A DNA stretch of 49,000 bases from a virus (IMGVR_UViG_3300023106_000014:1-49000), one strand, 5' to 3'; positions 36,711 to 44,888 are shown, counted from the first letter of the stretch. The notes: generated from the sequence alone by a model not told the origin. Translations and numbers: made by a program.

Positions 36711-37235
36711 ATGAACTCGTCCCGTCCCTTCCGCCGCGACACCGTCCACAGCCTCGTAGGCCCGCTGAAGTGCCCAACCGCCGCTGCCACGCTTGCCGTG
36801 GTACTGGTGGCGATCGCCAGCCCCGCTCTTTTGGCGGGCCTGATTGCCTGGGCGCTGTGGCCGCGCCGCAAGCCTACCTCCGACGAACTGGCGGCGATCG
36901 AGTGCGCCAAACTGGACCGCTTCAATGAAACAATCTTGAGACTACAGCAGCTTAATACGGTCGCGCGTGACGTCATGCTGGCGGAGGAGGCCGCCAACCT
37001 GACCCTTCCCCATACTTTCACGCCGAAGGCAGGCGCCCAAAGCGACGGCCGCTCATTCACGTTGTACGCGATCGACCTGAAGCAGCACATGGCCCATGTG
37101 TCACCAATCGGAGGCAACCATCCTTCCGGCTGGGTTCATACCGACATCCTGGCGAGCGCAATTGACCTGTACGGCTACCAGCTGGGCGATATTACTTTCT
37201 CGCTGATCGAACAGATCGAGCGCCCGAAGAAATGA
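36711..37235 (+). CDS. Hypothetical membrane protein
   Basis: N-terminal hydrophobic segment; ATGA overlap. Confidence 0.6.
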   Translation: MNSSRPFRRDTVHSLVGPLKCPTAAATLAVVLVAIASPALLAGLIAWALWPRRKPTSDELAAIECAKLDRFNETILRLQQLNTVARDVMLAEEAANLTLPHTFTPKAGAQSDGRSFTLYAIDLKQHMAHVSPIGGNHPSGWVHTDILASAIDLYGYQLGDITFSLIEQIERPKK

Positions 37236-37711
37236 GCGCTATCAGTCAATCCCGCATCGAGCGCATGCGTGCCGTCACCACCGCGCGCCGGATCGTCACC
37301 GCAACGCCTGTCAAAGTTAAGCTGAGGGCATTTTTGTCGTTACACTGGCACGTGCCATCCTCCCAGTGCGAAGATAGCGACGTCGATCCTGCGGACGAGG
37401 TGAACTTCTCAGGCTATCAGCGCATGCCGGTAAATGTCGTTGAGCGTGAGGGCTTGGATATCTACGGGCGTAGGACCGTTGGCTTAGATGCCGACGTCAC
37501 TTTCCCTCCGTACAAAGGCGAGTACCCCGTCGTCATTACTCACATCACGCTATGGGAGGCTCATAGATTTATTCCCTGGAAATTCCGACTTCGCCTCCCC
37601 CACACTTGCATACTGAACCCCGGCGATCACCTGACTTTCACGCCGGGCGCTATCACAGTGCCAGCTCCTCAATATTGGGATCACGGATGTCCAAACCTAC
37701 CAAAAAGCTAA
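37232..37711 (+). CDS. Hypothetical protein, tail-associated-like (EV..SGY.R..V / VTFP / ITH..LW)
   Basis: 159-aa ORF, motif resemblance only. Confidence 0.55.
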   Translation: MSAISQSRIERMRAVTTARRIVTATPVKVKLRAFLSLHWHVPSSQCEDSDVDPADEVNFSGYQRMPVNVVEREGLDIYGRRTVGLDADVTFPPYKGEYPVVITHITLWEAHRFIPWKFRLRLPHTCILNPGDHLTFTPGAITVPAPQYWDHGCPNLPKS

Positions 37712-37977
37712 TCCGCCGCACACCCCTACAATCGGGGCCGCTCGCCGCCATGGCCGAGGACATCCTGCAGCACGCCGACGATGCGATGCTTGCCTTGTCG
37801 TGGCCTACGTTCTTTGTGGCGGCCGTGCTCGCCACGCGAAAGGGCTGGAGCCGCATCGAGCACATGCGATCGATCTTACTTAGCCCATCAGCCTCAATTG
37901 TGATTCGGAAAGTCACGCCAAGCATCGCGATGCGCCTGCCTGCTCCGTTCAAGCAAAGCGGGGCATGGCAGGCATGA
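37687..37977 (+). CDS. Hypothetical protein
   Basis: Start MSKPTK; ATGA overlap downstream. Confidence 0.5.
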   Translation: MSKPTKKLIRRTPLQSGPLAAMAEDILQHADDAMLALSWPTFFVAAVLATRKGWSRIEHMRSILLSPSASIVIRKVTPSIAMRLPAPFKQSGAWQA

Positions 37978-38228
37978 CCATCACGATCAACACCGACATC
38001 AAGATCACCGCCACGCTCACCCTCACCGAAGGCCAGCTGCGCGCGCTCGACGCGATGGCCGGCTACGGGGCTGACGCATTCCTCCGCGCCTTCTACGTGA
38101 AGCTGGGCAAGAGCTACATGAAGCCGTTCGAGCGCGACCTGCGCGACCTCTTCACCGCAATCAACAACCAGGCTCACCCGGCGCTGGCGGGAGTCAAAGA
38201 AGCACGCGCCAAATTGGGATTGAAATGA
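37974..38228 (+). CDS. Phage hypothetical protein
   Basis: LTEGQLRALDAMAGYG.DAFL..FY.KLGK.YMKPFE; strong GC3. Confidence 0.75.
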   Translation: MTITINTDIKITATLTLTEGQLRALDAMAGYGADAFLRAFYVKLGKSYMKPFERDLRDLFTAINNQAHPALAGVKEARAKLGLK

Positions 38229-38902
38229 ACGACACGAACGACAACACCCCTCAAACCTGGGCCGCGCTGGCGATGCTCATGTCCCAAGATGACGGCGAGA
38301 TGGCGCCACGCACATTGATCGATCAGAATGGGGAGAACCTAGCGCTCCGGAGCTTCCTGATGCAGTACAGCTGCGATCGCGCGGCATCGGTGGCCGACAT
38401 GGCGCAGCACATGCGGCGATCGGGCTGGGACGGCTTCTGGCCGGGCTGGGTTTCCAGCAGCGATGCCCGCCACCTGACCAAGCTGGACGCGCAACGGTGG
38501 ATCCGTCACCTACTCGACCTGGAGCGCATCCCGGTGAAAATCCGTCCACAGGCGTCCGCCGCGCTGCTGGACCGGATCATCGACAAGCTGGCCAGCGGCG
38601 TCGGACCAGACCGCGAACTCGACAAGATCATCGACCTTTGGCGTACGTGCGGCTGCGCCCATCCCACGGTGCGGCGCTATACCGAGACATTCGACGCCGC
38701 CGCCACACTAGCGCCGCGCCTGCCAAAGTACCAGCTGCCCATCTACGAGACGGGCGACGGGGAGCGTCGCCTGTGTGGGTACTTCAGGCATGACACCAAT
38801 GTCTTCTGCCTGCCGCCTTCAGCCTGGCCACCGGCGCGGGAGATCTGCCTTGCCGCGCTCACGGCGCACCGCGACCTGAAAGCGGCGGGGCTGCTGCAAT
38901 GA
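38225..38902 (+). CDS. Hypothetical protein
   Basis: 225-aa ORF with ATGA overlaps on both sides. Confidence 0.7.
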   Translation: MNDTNDNTPQTWAALAMLMSQDDGEMAPRTLIDQNGENLALRSFLMQYSCDRAASVADMAQHMRRSGWDGFWPGWVSSSDARHLTKLDAQRWIRHLLDLERIPVKIRPQASAALLDRIIDKLASGVGPDRELDKIIDLWRTCGCAHPTVRRYTETFDAAATLAPRLPKYQLPIYETGDGERRLCGYFRHDTNVFCLPPSAWPPAREICLAALTAHRDLKAAGLLQ

Positions 38903-39216
38903 TTATGAGCTACGGCGACTTGATGAGCGACCCGGAGCGCGCCCAGCTACTGATGGAGCAGTTCGAATTCCACTCCATCGAGAACTTCCGCTTTATCGCT
39001 TCTCCCGTTCTAACGCAGCCGTCTCTTCGGGAGAGCATTGCCTTCGCCGAGTCGAGCGTGCTACGGGCCAGCGAGATACCGAGCCGCATGCTGATGATCA
39101 GCACCTCCAGCGGCCGCGATAGCGTCGTCGACCGGATCATGCATCGGTCGATCAGCCGCATCTACGGTGAAGATCTGCTGCAGGCGGCCATCAGCGTCGA
39201 CCCGGCTCAGAAATAG
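38899..39216 (+). CDS. Hypothetical protein
   Basis: 105-aa ORF, ATGA overlap. Confidence 0.55.
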   Translation: MIMSYGDLMSDPERAQLLMEQFEFHSIENFRFIASPVLTQPSLRESIAFAESSVLRASEIPSRMLMISTSSGRDSVVDRIMHRSISRIYGEDLLQAAISVDPAQK

Positions 39217-39250
39217 TAAAGGCGCCGTCGAGCGCCTTTACTATTTCAGC

Positions 39251-39505
39251 CTACCTCCCCGCCACTACCTGCGCGCGGAAGCCGATCGAGCGCAGCGCAC
39301 TGATGGCCGCATCCATTGTGCGGAATTGCCGCGGCACCTTCTCGCGCGCGTCAATCAAAGCACCGCCCTGGCCGATCTTGACGCTAAACGATACCGACCA
39401 GTGCTGCACGTTGCTCATGATTCCCGACGAATCGTGAATCTCAAACCCAGTCAGCAAACCTCTATCAAAATCCTTCTTTGCTTCCGCCACCGTCCACGCC
39501 GCCAT
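39251..39505 (-). CDS. Small plasmid-associated hypothetical protein
   Basis: WTVAEAKKDF..LIDAREK.PR.FRTMDAA...L..IGF pattern. Confidence 0.65.
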   Translation of the reverse strand: MAAWTVAEAKKDFDRGLLTGFEIHDSSGIMSNVQHWSVSFSVKIGQGGALIDAREKVPRQFRTMDAAISALRSIGFRAQVVAGR

Positions 39506-39700
39506 TTTTCCATCCATTTTTTCCATGAGGAAAAATATTTTAACAAAATTGGTGTTTTGTTGGTGCAAAAATGCGGTATTGAATTTATGAAGCAAAAAAA
39601 CGCACGGAATTCCCAACGTTAGGAAGGTTGTACAATCGCGCGCTTGTATTTACATACAAAATTTTGTATAGTCGTGACAGGACACTTTTGTAGATTCGTG

Positions 39701-40039
39701 ATGACAGACCCTAAACCAGTAGAATTTCGCGGCAGTTCCTTGGATGATTTACGGGGATTTCCGCTTGACGCCAAACGCGAAGCGGGCCACCAGATAGACC
39801 TTGTACAAAACGGCATCGACCCCGACGACTGGAAGCCTATGGGTGGCGTTGGGTCTGGCGCAAAGGAAATACGAATTCGGGATGCTACAGGAGCATTTCG
39901 AGTTATTTATGTAGCAAAATTCGCGGACGCCATTTACGTACTGCACTGCTTCCAAAAGAAAACCGAGCAGACCAGCAAGCACGATATCGATTTGGCAGAG
40001 GAACGCTACCGCGATCTAAAGAGGGAGTTAGGAAAATGA
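39701..40039 (+). CDS. higB: RelE/ParE-superfamily toxin (HigB/Gp49-like)
   Basis: F.GSSLDDLR.FP, DWKPM, EIRI..GAFRVIYVAKF..YVLHCFQKK; palindrome TACAAAATTTTGTA upstream. Confidence 0.9.
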   Translation: MTDPKPVEFRGSSLDDLRGFPLDAKREAGHQIDLVQNGIDPDDWKPMGGVGSGAKEIRIRDATGAFRVIYVAKFADAIYVLHCFQKKTEQTSKHDIDLAEERYRDLKRELGK

Positions 40040-40317
40040 CCAAGCAAAAATTTGCAAGCGTATGGGACGCAATCGAGGACACGCCGGAAGAGGCTGAGAA
40101 CATGAAGCTTCGTTCCCAGCTGATGGCGCAACTGAAGATATTCATCGAGCGAACCGGCCTGAGCCAGGCTGATGCAGCAAAGGTCTTCAATGTCACCCAG
40201 CCGCGCGTCTCCGATCTGATGCGCGGCAAAATCAACCTGTTCGCCATCGATGCGCTGGTGAACATGGCCGCCGCTGCCGGAATGCACGTTGAAATGCAAC
40301 TGCTGGAAGCGGCCTGA
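40036..40317 (+). CDS. higA: XRE-family antitoxin (HigA-like)
   Basis: SVWDAIED, LSQADAAKVFNVTQPRVSDLMRGKINLF; toxin-first order. Confidence 0.9.
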   Translation: MTKQKFASVWDAIEDTPEEAENMKLRSQLMAQLKIFIERTGLSQADAAKVFNVTQPRVSDLMRGKINLFAIDALVNMAAAAGMHVEMQLLEAA

Positions 40318-40322
40318 CGATC

Positions 40323-40628
40323 ATGGCCGACTACGATCCGTTGTCAAATAGCGTTTTAGATTTTGCCAAGGCGCAACTCAACCTGGCACATCAGCTGATA
40401 CGGGAAGACTTCCCTCAACATTCTGGCGTGCGCGTCGAACAGTTCGTTATGCGGGCTTTTCATCTGGGGAACCATTCAAGCAACCCGGAACACAGCTTCG
40501 ACCCGGACCGGGTGGCGGCAGCATACCGCGCGGCGCATCCCAATGAATCGCCAGCACCAAGGAATCCAGCACCCCCAGCCATCGCGCCAGAGGATAAGCT
40601 GGAACTGATTTACGACTGGCCGGAGTAA
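40323..40628 (+). CDS. Hypothetical protein, third gene of the higBA unit
   Basis: 101-aa ORF 5 nt after higA, before terminator. Confidence 0.55.
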   Translation: MADYDPLSNSVLDFAKAQLNLAHQLIREDFPQHSGVRVEQFVMRAFHLGNHSSNPEHSFDPDRVAAAYRAAHPNESPAPRNPAPPAIAPEDKLELIYDWPE

Positions 40629-40647
40629 CGCCGTAACCACATACAAG

Positions 40648-40680
40648 AAAGGGGCGCAGCGAAATGCTGTGCCCCTTTTC
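40648..40680. terminator. Intrinsic terminator
   Basis: AAAGGGGCGCAGC-gaaat-GCTGTGCCCCTTTT. Confidence 0.75.
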
Positions 40681-40729
40681 ATTTATTCCGGCCAAAGCTG
40701 TTGCTGGCCTTCGCGCACGATCGCGTCTA

Positions 40730-40749
40730 TACTGTTTTTATGTACAGTA
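40730..40749. promoter_or_regulatory. LexA (SOS) box
   Basis: TACTGT-TTTTATGT-ACAGTA matches CTGT-N8-ACAG, upstream of SRAP operon. Confidence 0.85.
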
Positions 40750-40765
40750 TTTTTAAGGTGCGATC

Positions 40766-41140
40766 ATGTGGGTAAGCGTGGTTTTGGGCTTCGATCCGGA
40801 TGGACAAAAAGTCCATAAGTGGCGCGAAGCCTTTCAACGACACGGCACGCTTGAAGGGTGGTTCACCCATGGCGAGGAATATGTGAAGGTGTTAGGCCGG
40901 CATACGCCGGTGGCCCGAGTGCGCGTGGCCGGACAAGATGTTCTGCCGCCCCTTGTCGACGCCGTCGTCCGCGTGGCTGAAGGCCGAAGGATGAATGCGA
41001 CAGGGATTTCCGATGTGAGCGAGCTCAGCAGCGTATGGCGGGTGCACTCTTGGCGCATGGCGATCATTTCGCTGGATCCGCCGAAAGAGTCCGCCCCCGT
41101 GCCGGCGCTCGACGCCCAAGCGCCGGCGACGACCGTGTAA
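40766..41140 (+). CDS. Putative SOS-regulated hypothetical protein
   Basis: TAAGG RBS directly after LexA box. Confidence 0.7.
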   Translation: MWVSVVLGFDPDGQKVHKWREAFQRHGTLEGWFTHGEEYVKVLGRHTPVARVRVAGQDVLPPLVDAVVRVAEGRRMNATGISDVSELSSVWRVHSWRMAIISLDPPKESAPVPALDAQAPATTV

Positions 41141-41167
41141 GCTTGAGCCCCGACCGAAGGAGACGAC

Positions 41168-42133
41168 ATGTGTTTTTCAGCGCAAGTGTGGGCGGATTAC
41201 CGCAAATACACCAAGGCCTACGGGGCCACCATAAGCATCAGGGAATTCCTGCAGCTGCTCCAGCGCCGCGACGCCGGCGAACGGATCATCCTTCCCAAGG
41301 GGCTGACGGACGCCTTCAAGGCGACGCCGGACAGCGACGAAGCGGAACAATGCCGCGACCTAGTGCTGGCGTTTGAGGCGGCGGAGACGGCGCGCACCGA
41401 AACCGATCTGTTCGCCCTACGCCGCCGGCTGGCCGACGCCGAACGCATCCTGGCTGTCAAGCCGACCAAGAAGGCGGGCGAGGACCAGCGCATCGCCGGC
41501 AACAAGATCAAGCGGGCGCTGGCCAAGCTGGACGACCTCAAGCGTAACGATCACCTCGACCGCGACGACCGCGTGTACGCCGGCAGCTATTGCCCGGTCA
41601 TGGTCCGCGACGCAGCCGGCCAGCTGGTGGTACGCCCCATGCGCTACCAGTGCCGGCCCGCCGGCATGCCGGCCGCCTTCGATAAGAAGTATCCCGGCCT
41701 GTACAACGCCAGGCGCGACAACCTGAGCGGATTCTGGAAAAACGTCTACGCCCACACCCATGCCATCGTGGTGGCAGAGGCGTTCCTGGAACACGTCGAC
41801 CGCCATCGGCTAGAGGGGCGCGCGCTGGCGCCCGGCGAGGAAGCGCAAGACGTGGTGATCCAGTTCGCGCCGGGCGATGGCCAGCTGATGCACTTGGCGT
41901 GCCTGTGGTCGCATTGGACTGGACGGGACGAGCCGGACTTGTTGTCGTTCGCTTTGGTCACCGACGAACCGCCGGAGGAAGTGGCGATGGCGGGGCACGA
42001 CCGTTGCCCGATACCGCTGCGGCCGGTCGCCGTCAACGCTTGGCTGGACGCGCCGGCGCCGGCCGACTATCAAGCGCTGCTCGATGAGCGCGAGCGCCCG
42101 TATTACGCTCACCAACTGGCGGCGGCCGCTTGA
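41168..42133 (+). CDS. SOS response-associated peptidase (SRAP/YedK/HMCES family)
   Basis: N-terminal MC, YNARRD, F.E, GHDRCPI. Confidence 0.9.
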   Translation: MCFSAQVWADYRKYTKAYGATISIREFLQLLQRRDAGERIILPKGLTDAFKATPDSDEAEQCRDLVLAFEAAETARTETDLFALRRRLADAERILAVKPTKKAGEDQRIAGNKIKRALAKLDDLKRNDHLDRDDRVYAGSYCPVMVRDAAGQLVVRPMRYQCRPAGMPAAFDKKYPGLYNARRDNLSGFWKNVYAHTHAIVVAEAFLEHVDRHRLEGRALAPGEEAQDVVIQFAPGDGQLMHLACLWSHWTGRDEPDLLSFALVTDEPPEEVAMAGHDRCPIPLRPVAVNAWLDAPAPADYQALLDERERPYYAHQLAAAA

Positions 42134-42235
42134 GGGTAGTCGCACATAATGACGCATGGCAACACACATGCTATGCTGATCACACGTGATTCTCACCCGT
42201 AGTGGGCGAGAACCCGCATAAAACCTAGGAACGAA

Positions 42236-42430
42236 ATGACAACTTTTGCAAACGAGATGCATCACGCACTTGCCAATAAGCAGGTCTATGTCAAGCTGAC
42301 CTCAGCCGAAACCCTCTCGGGACTGCTGCAACATATTTCCGTCGATACTATCCTTATCACACCGCATAATGGGCCACCGTTCTACATCAACACTCAGCAC
42401 ATCATCTGGGTGCGGCTGAACGAATCATAG
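42236..42430 (+). CDS. Small Sm/LSm-like fold hypothetical protein
   Basis: KQVYVKL..G.L..D.ILI..YIN..HIIWV pattern; AGGA RBS. Confidence 0.55.
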   Translation: MTTFANEMHHALANKQVYVKLTSAETLSGLLQHISVDTILITPHNGPPFYINTQHIIWVRLNES

Positions 42431-42452
42431 AAATGCAGCCCAATAGCCTAGA

Positions 42453-43748
42453 TCAAACTGCTACAAGAGCAAGAACAGCATCGTGGCACGCCGAGTAGTG
42501 CGCTGCATCGCCGATAGCCTTCAGCTTGTCGCGGTTTGGCGTGGCTCGCATGCATGCCTTAGCCGCTTCACGCAGCGTTGATTCACGCAGCGCCGCATCG
42601 CGTTCGCTATCCGATGGCGCGGGCCGTCTGGTGGCGATGCAAAGACGGCCATATGCATGGATTGCGTCAGCCCAGCACTCATAAAGCGCTGCACCACCGC
42701 CGGTGCCGAGTTTTCTAAACTTAGATTCATCTTGGAACCTGTCGCCTTCTGGAATCTCAGGCAACAGCGACAACTCTACGTTGCCCTGCGCCCTAGGTGG
42801 TGTATGGGCCGGGCACGGCCAGCGCAGAGAGCCGTCGCCACTTGGGCAGGTACACTCCATCGCGGCCGCAGCTGAGGTTGAGCCGGGAACCACCACGGCG
42901 CGGCCTTTGTCACCGATCTGATTACCCAGCCATAGCGCCGGCCCGTCTTCATAGACGACGCGCCATACGCCAACTCCACTCTTAGATGGGTCCAGCGTCA
43001 CAACGCCGGCCTCGCCGTCGGGATGCCGAATCGTATCGCCCACATGAATCGACTGTTCGTCAAAGTCAGTCCAAGGCGCGCGCTGGGCTGCCGGCATGGC
43101 CACCCGTACATCTCGCGTTTGAATGACTGGCGCGGCACTGAGTTGCGGTGCTTCCGTTTGCCACATTCTTCCCTGGTAAAGCCGCAATTCCTTAGCCGCT
43201 TCCTTCGCGTCGCGACCACTCTCCAGCCAGTGAATGACGGGTGTCAAGTCCGGTGCCGAAGCATCCGGAACAGAGTCCAACGCGACTGACCACGGCAGAT
43301 TCATATTGCTGTGCTCGCCGATATCGACACCGAACCACTTGGCGATCGCGTCGGCCAGCCTATCAGCCCACTCATGGTACGCATCGCGCTCCCGCAGCGT
43401 CTCGTCCCACAATTGATCATCGGATGGGCGAGGCTGCGAACTTTGCTGCGGCGCAGCCTGCTGTACGGTCGGCAAAGCCTGGCAGAGGTGACTATCGCTA
43501 ACGCCGCACTGATCGCAGGGCGACCCGGCCACCTCGGGCGTCACGAGCACGCCCGCTGTTGAGGTAGCGCGCGCGGCGGACGCTTCAACCTCACAGCCGA
43601 TGCACAGCGGGTTATATTCCTTCCGATCGCAGAGCATGTGATGCCCGGTATCGGGCCGGACCTCCATCCCAGTGAATGCCCCCAGCCCGGCCGCGCGCGC
43701 ACCAGCATCCGATGCAGCGGAGCTGGCGATATCAATCTGTTCGTTCAT
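42453..43748 (-). CDS. Mosaic phage hypothetical protein
   Basis: 431 aa with ERD.YHEWAD.LA.AI...GEHS and CTCPSGDGSLRWPC modules. Confidence 0.7.
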   Translation of the reverse strand: MNEQIDIASSAASDAGARAAGLGAFTGMEVRPDTGHHMLCDRKEYNPLCIGCEVEASAARATSTAGVLVTPEVAGSPCDQCGVSDSHLCQALPTVQQAAPQQSSQPRPSDDQLWDETLRERDAYHEWADRLADAIAKWFGVDIGEHSNMNLPWSVALDSVPDASAPDLTPVIHWLESGRDAKEAAKELRLYQGRMWQTEAPQLSAAPVIQTRDVRVAMPAAQRAPWTDFDEQSIHVGDTIRHPDGEAGVVTLDPSKSGVGVWRVVYEDGPALWLGNQIGDKGRAVVVPGSTSAAAAMECTCPSGDGSLRWPCPAHTPPRAQGNVELSLLPEIPEGDRFQDESKFRKLGTGGGAALYECWADAIHAYGRLCIATRRPAPSDSERDAALRESTLREAAKACMRATPNRDKLKAIGDAAHYSACHDAVLALVAV

Positions 43749-43967
43749 TTTGCTATTTCAGGTACTGCCGGGGTGACGAAAGTATACCGGCCCAGTAGCG
43801 AAGGCGCCGCCTAAATTTTGCAAGCGCGCCAATATGCGGGTTTTCCCGCGCAATTTAGGCATGGCGGAACCCGCACAAACACCCGTAAAATCCGCCTCAA
43901 TTCGATAGTCTGAAAAACTGACTCTAACGAAATGGCTTCCTCCAAGAGAGCTTTTTCAGATATCGAA

Positions 43968-44040
43968 CATGCCATAGCTCAGTCGGTAGAGCGGCCGTGG
44001 AGACATGGTGACGTCGCTGGTTCGAGTCCAGTTGGCAGCG
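43968..44040 (+). ncRNA. tRNA-like RNA lacking a canonical anticodon loop
   Basis: TA-GCTC-AGTCGGTA-GAGC D arm; GCTGG-TTCGAGT-CCAGT T arm; central GCCGTG-GAGA-CATGGT hairpin; 5-bp acceptor; no CCA. Confidence 0.7.
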
Positions 44041-44259
44041 ATGAAGTGAATGCACGCCGAGATCAGCTCCGGCCACTTCCCTAACCCGACCGGGTAAGCG
44101 TCGGGTATTGCTGAGTCGGCAGCAGTGGCGCGCCTGGCCTCGTGACCGGCACCGGAAGAGTCCGGTAGCCACAGCTGTCCAGCAACTAGAACTGAATTGG
44201 GCGCGGTCTGGCAGCCGGCAGATAGCCGGCGCCATGGCTCGCAACCGAATGACATCCCC

Positions 44260-44346
44260 GGAGCGGTGGGCGAGTGGTTAAAGCCGACAGACTGTAAATC
44301 TGTTTCCCGCAAAGATACGCTGGTTCAAATCCAGCCTGCTCCACCA
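44260..44346 (+). tRNA. tRNA-Tyr(GTA)
   Basis: GGAGCGG/CTGCTCC acceptor, ACAGA-CTGTAAA-TCTGT, long variable arm, TTCAAAT, ACCA end. Confidence 0.95.
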
Positions 44347-44348
44347 AA

Positions 44349-44424
44349 TGCCAAGTAGCTCAGCGGGTAGAGCTCCGGATTGTTAATCCGGCGGTCGCGG
44401 GTTCGAAACCAGCCTTGGCAGCCA
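44349..44424 (+). tRNA. tRNA-Asn(GTT)
   Basis: TGCCAAG/CTTGGCA acceptor, CCGGA-TTGTTAA-TCCGG, TTCGAAA, GCCA end; one T-stem mismatch. Confidence 0.9.
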
Positions 44425-44482
44425 AAATTTTCGAGCGCTTCCCTACCGATCTTGGATGAAATGTGGGGTGTAGGCCAGCACC

Positions 44483-44523
44483 GTCGCCTGATGACGCGCA
44501 AGCAGAAACCGCAAGGTCGCGAC
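44483..44523 (+). ncRNA. Putative minimal type I hammerhead ribozyme
   Basis: GTCGC-CTGATGA-cGCgcaaGCa-GAAA-CCgcaaGG-TC-GCGAC; all core nucleotides in order. Confidence 0.65.
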
Positions 44524-44584
44524 AGTTCCCCAGGCTGGCTACGATGGGAACACAGACAAGATGACAGCCTGGAAAGACAGCAAC

Positions 44585-44658
44585 GCGGGTGTAGCTCAAT
44601 GGTAGAGCAGAAGCCTTCCAAGCTTACGACGAGGGTTCGATCCCCTTCACCCGCTCCA
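44585..44658 (+). tRNA. tRNA-Gly(TCC)
   Basis: GCGGGTG/CACCCGC acceptor, AAGC-CTTCCAA-GCTT, TTCGATC, TCCA end. Confidence 0.95.
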
Positions 44659-44665
44659 CACCAGC

Positions 44666-44739
44666 CGTACCCTCAACTCTGGCGGTTGGCGACCGATGGC
44701 CTGGTCAGCCGGAAGCCGACAGCCGTCAGAGTTGAGGGT
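44666..44739. repeat. Long hairpin downstream of tRNA-Gly
   Basis: ACCCTCAACTCTGGCGGTTG ... CAGCCGTCAGAGTTGAGGGT, 20-bp stem with G-U pairs on + strand. Confidence 0.7.
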
Positions 44740-44888
44740 GACAGCGCCGATCGCCACCCGATGGTCCCGTCTTTCACGATACAACCCGCACCAGCGGGCG
44801 CAGTGGAGCGACCACAGCCGCACGATGCGGCAAACCAGATCGGCCCGCCGCGCAAGCGGACTCCCTCTTTAATTTAAAGGAAACCCCC

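Noticed and set aside
42205-43880. GAACCCGCA/TGCGGGTT motifs on both sides of the 431-aa gene and a weak fifth promoter-motif copy near 42220
   Set aside because: Short and degenerate, with no correctly spaced -10 or suitable downstream gene
43924-44877. ORFs predicted across the tRNA island
   Set aside because: Overlap bona fide tRNAs and structured RNA; no coding signature
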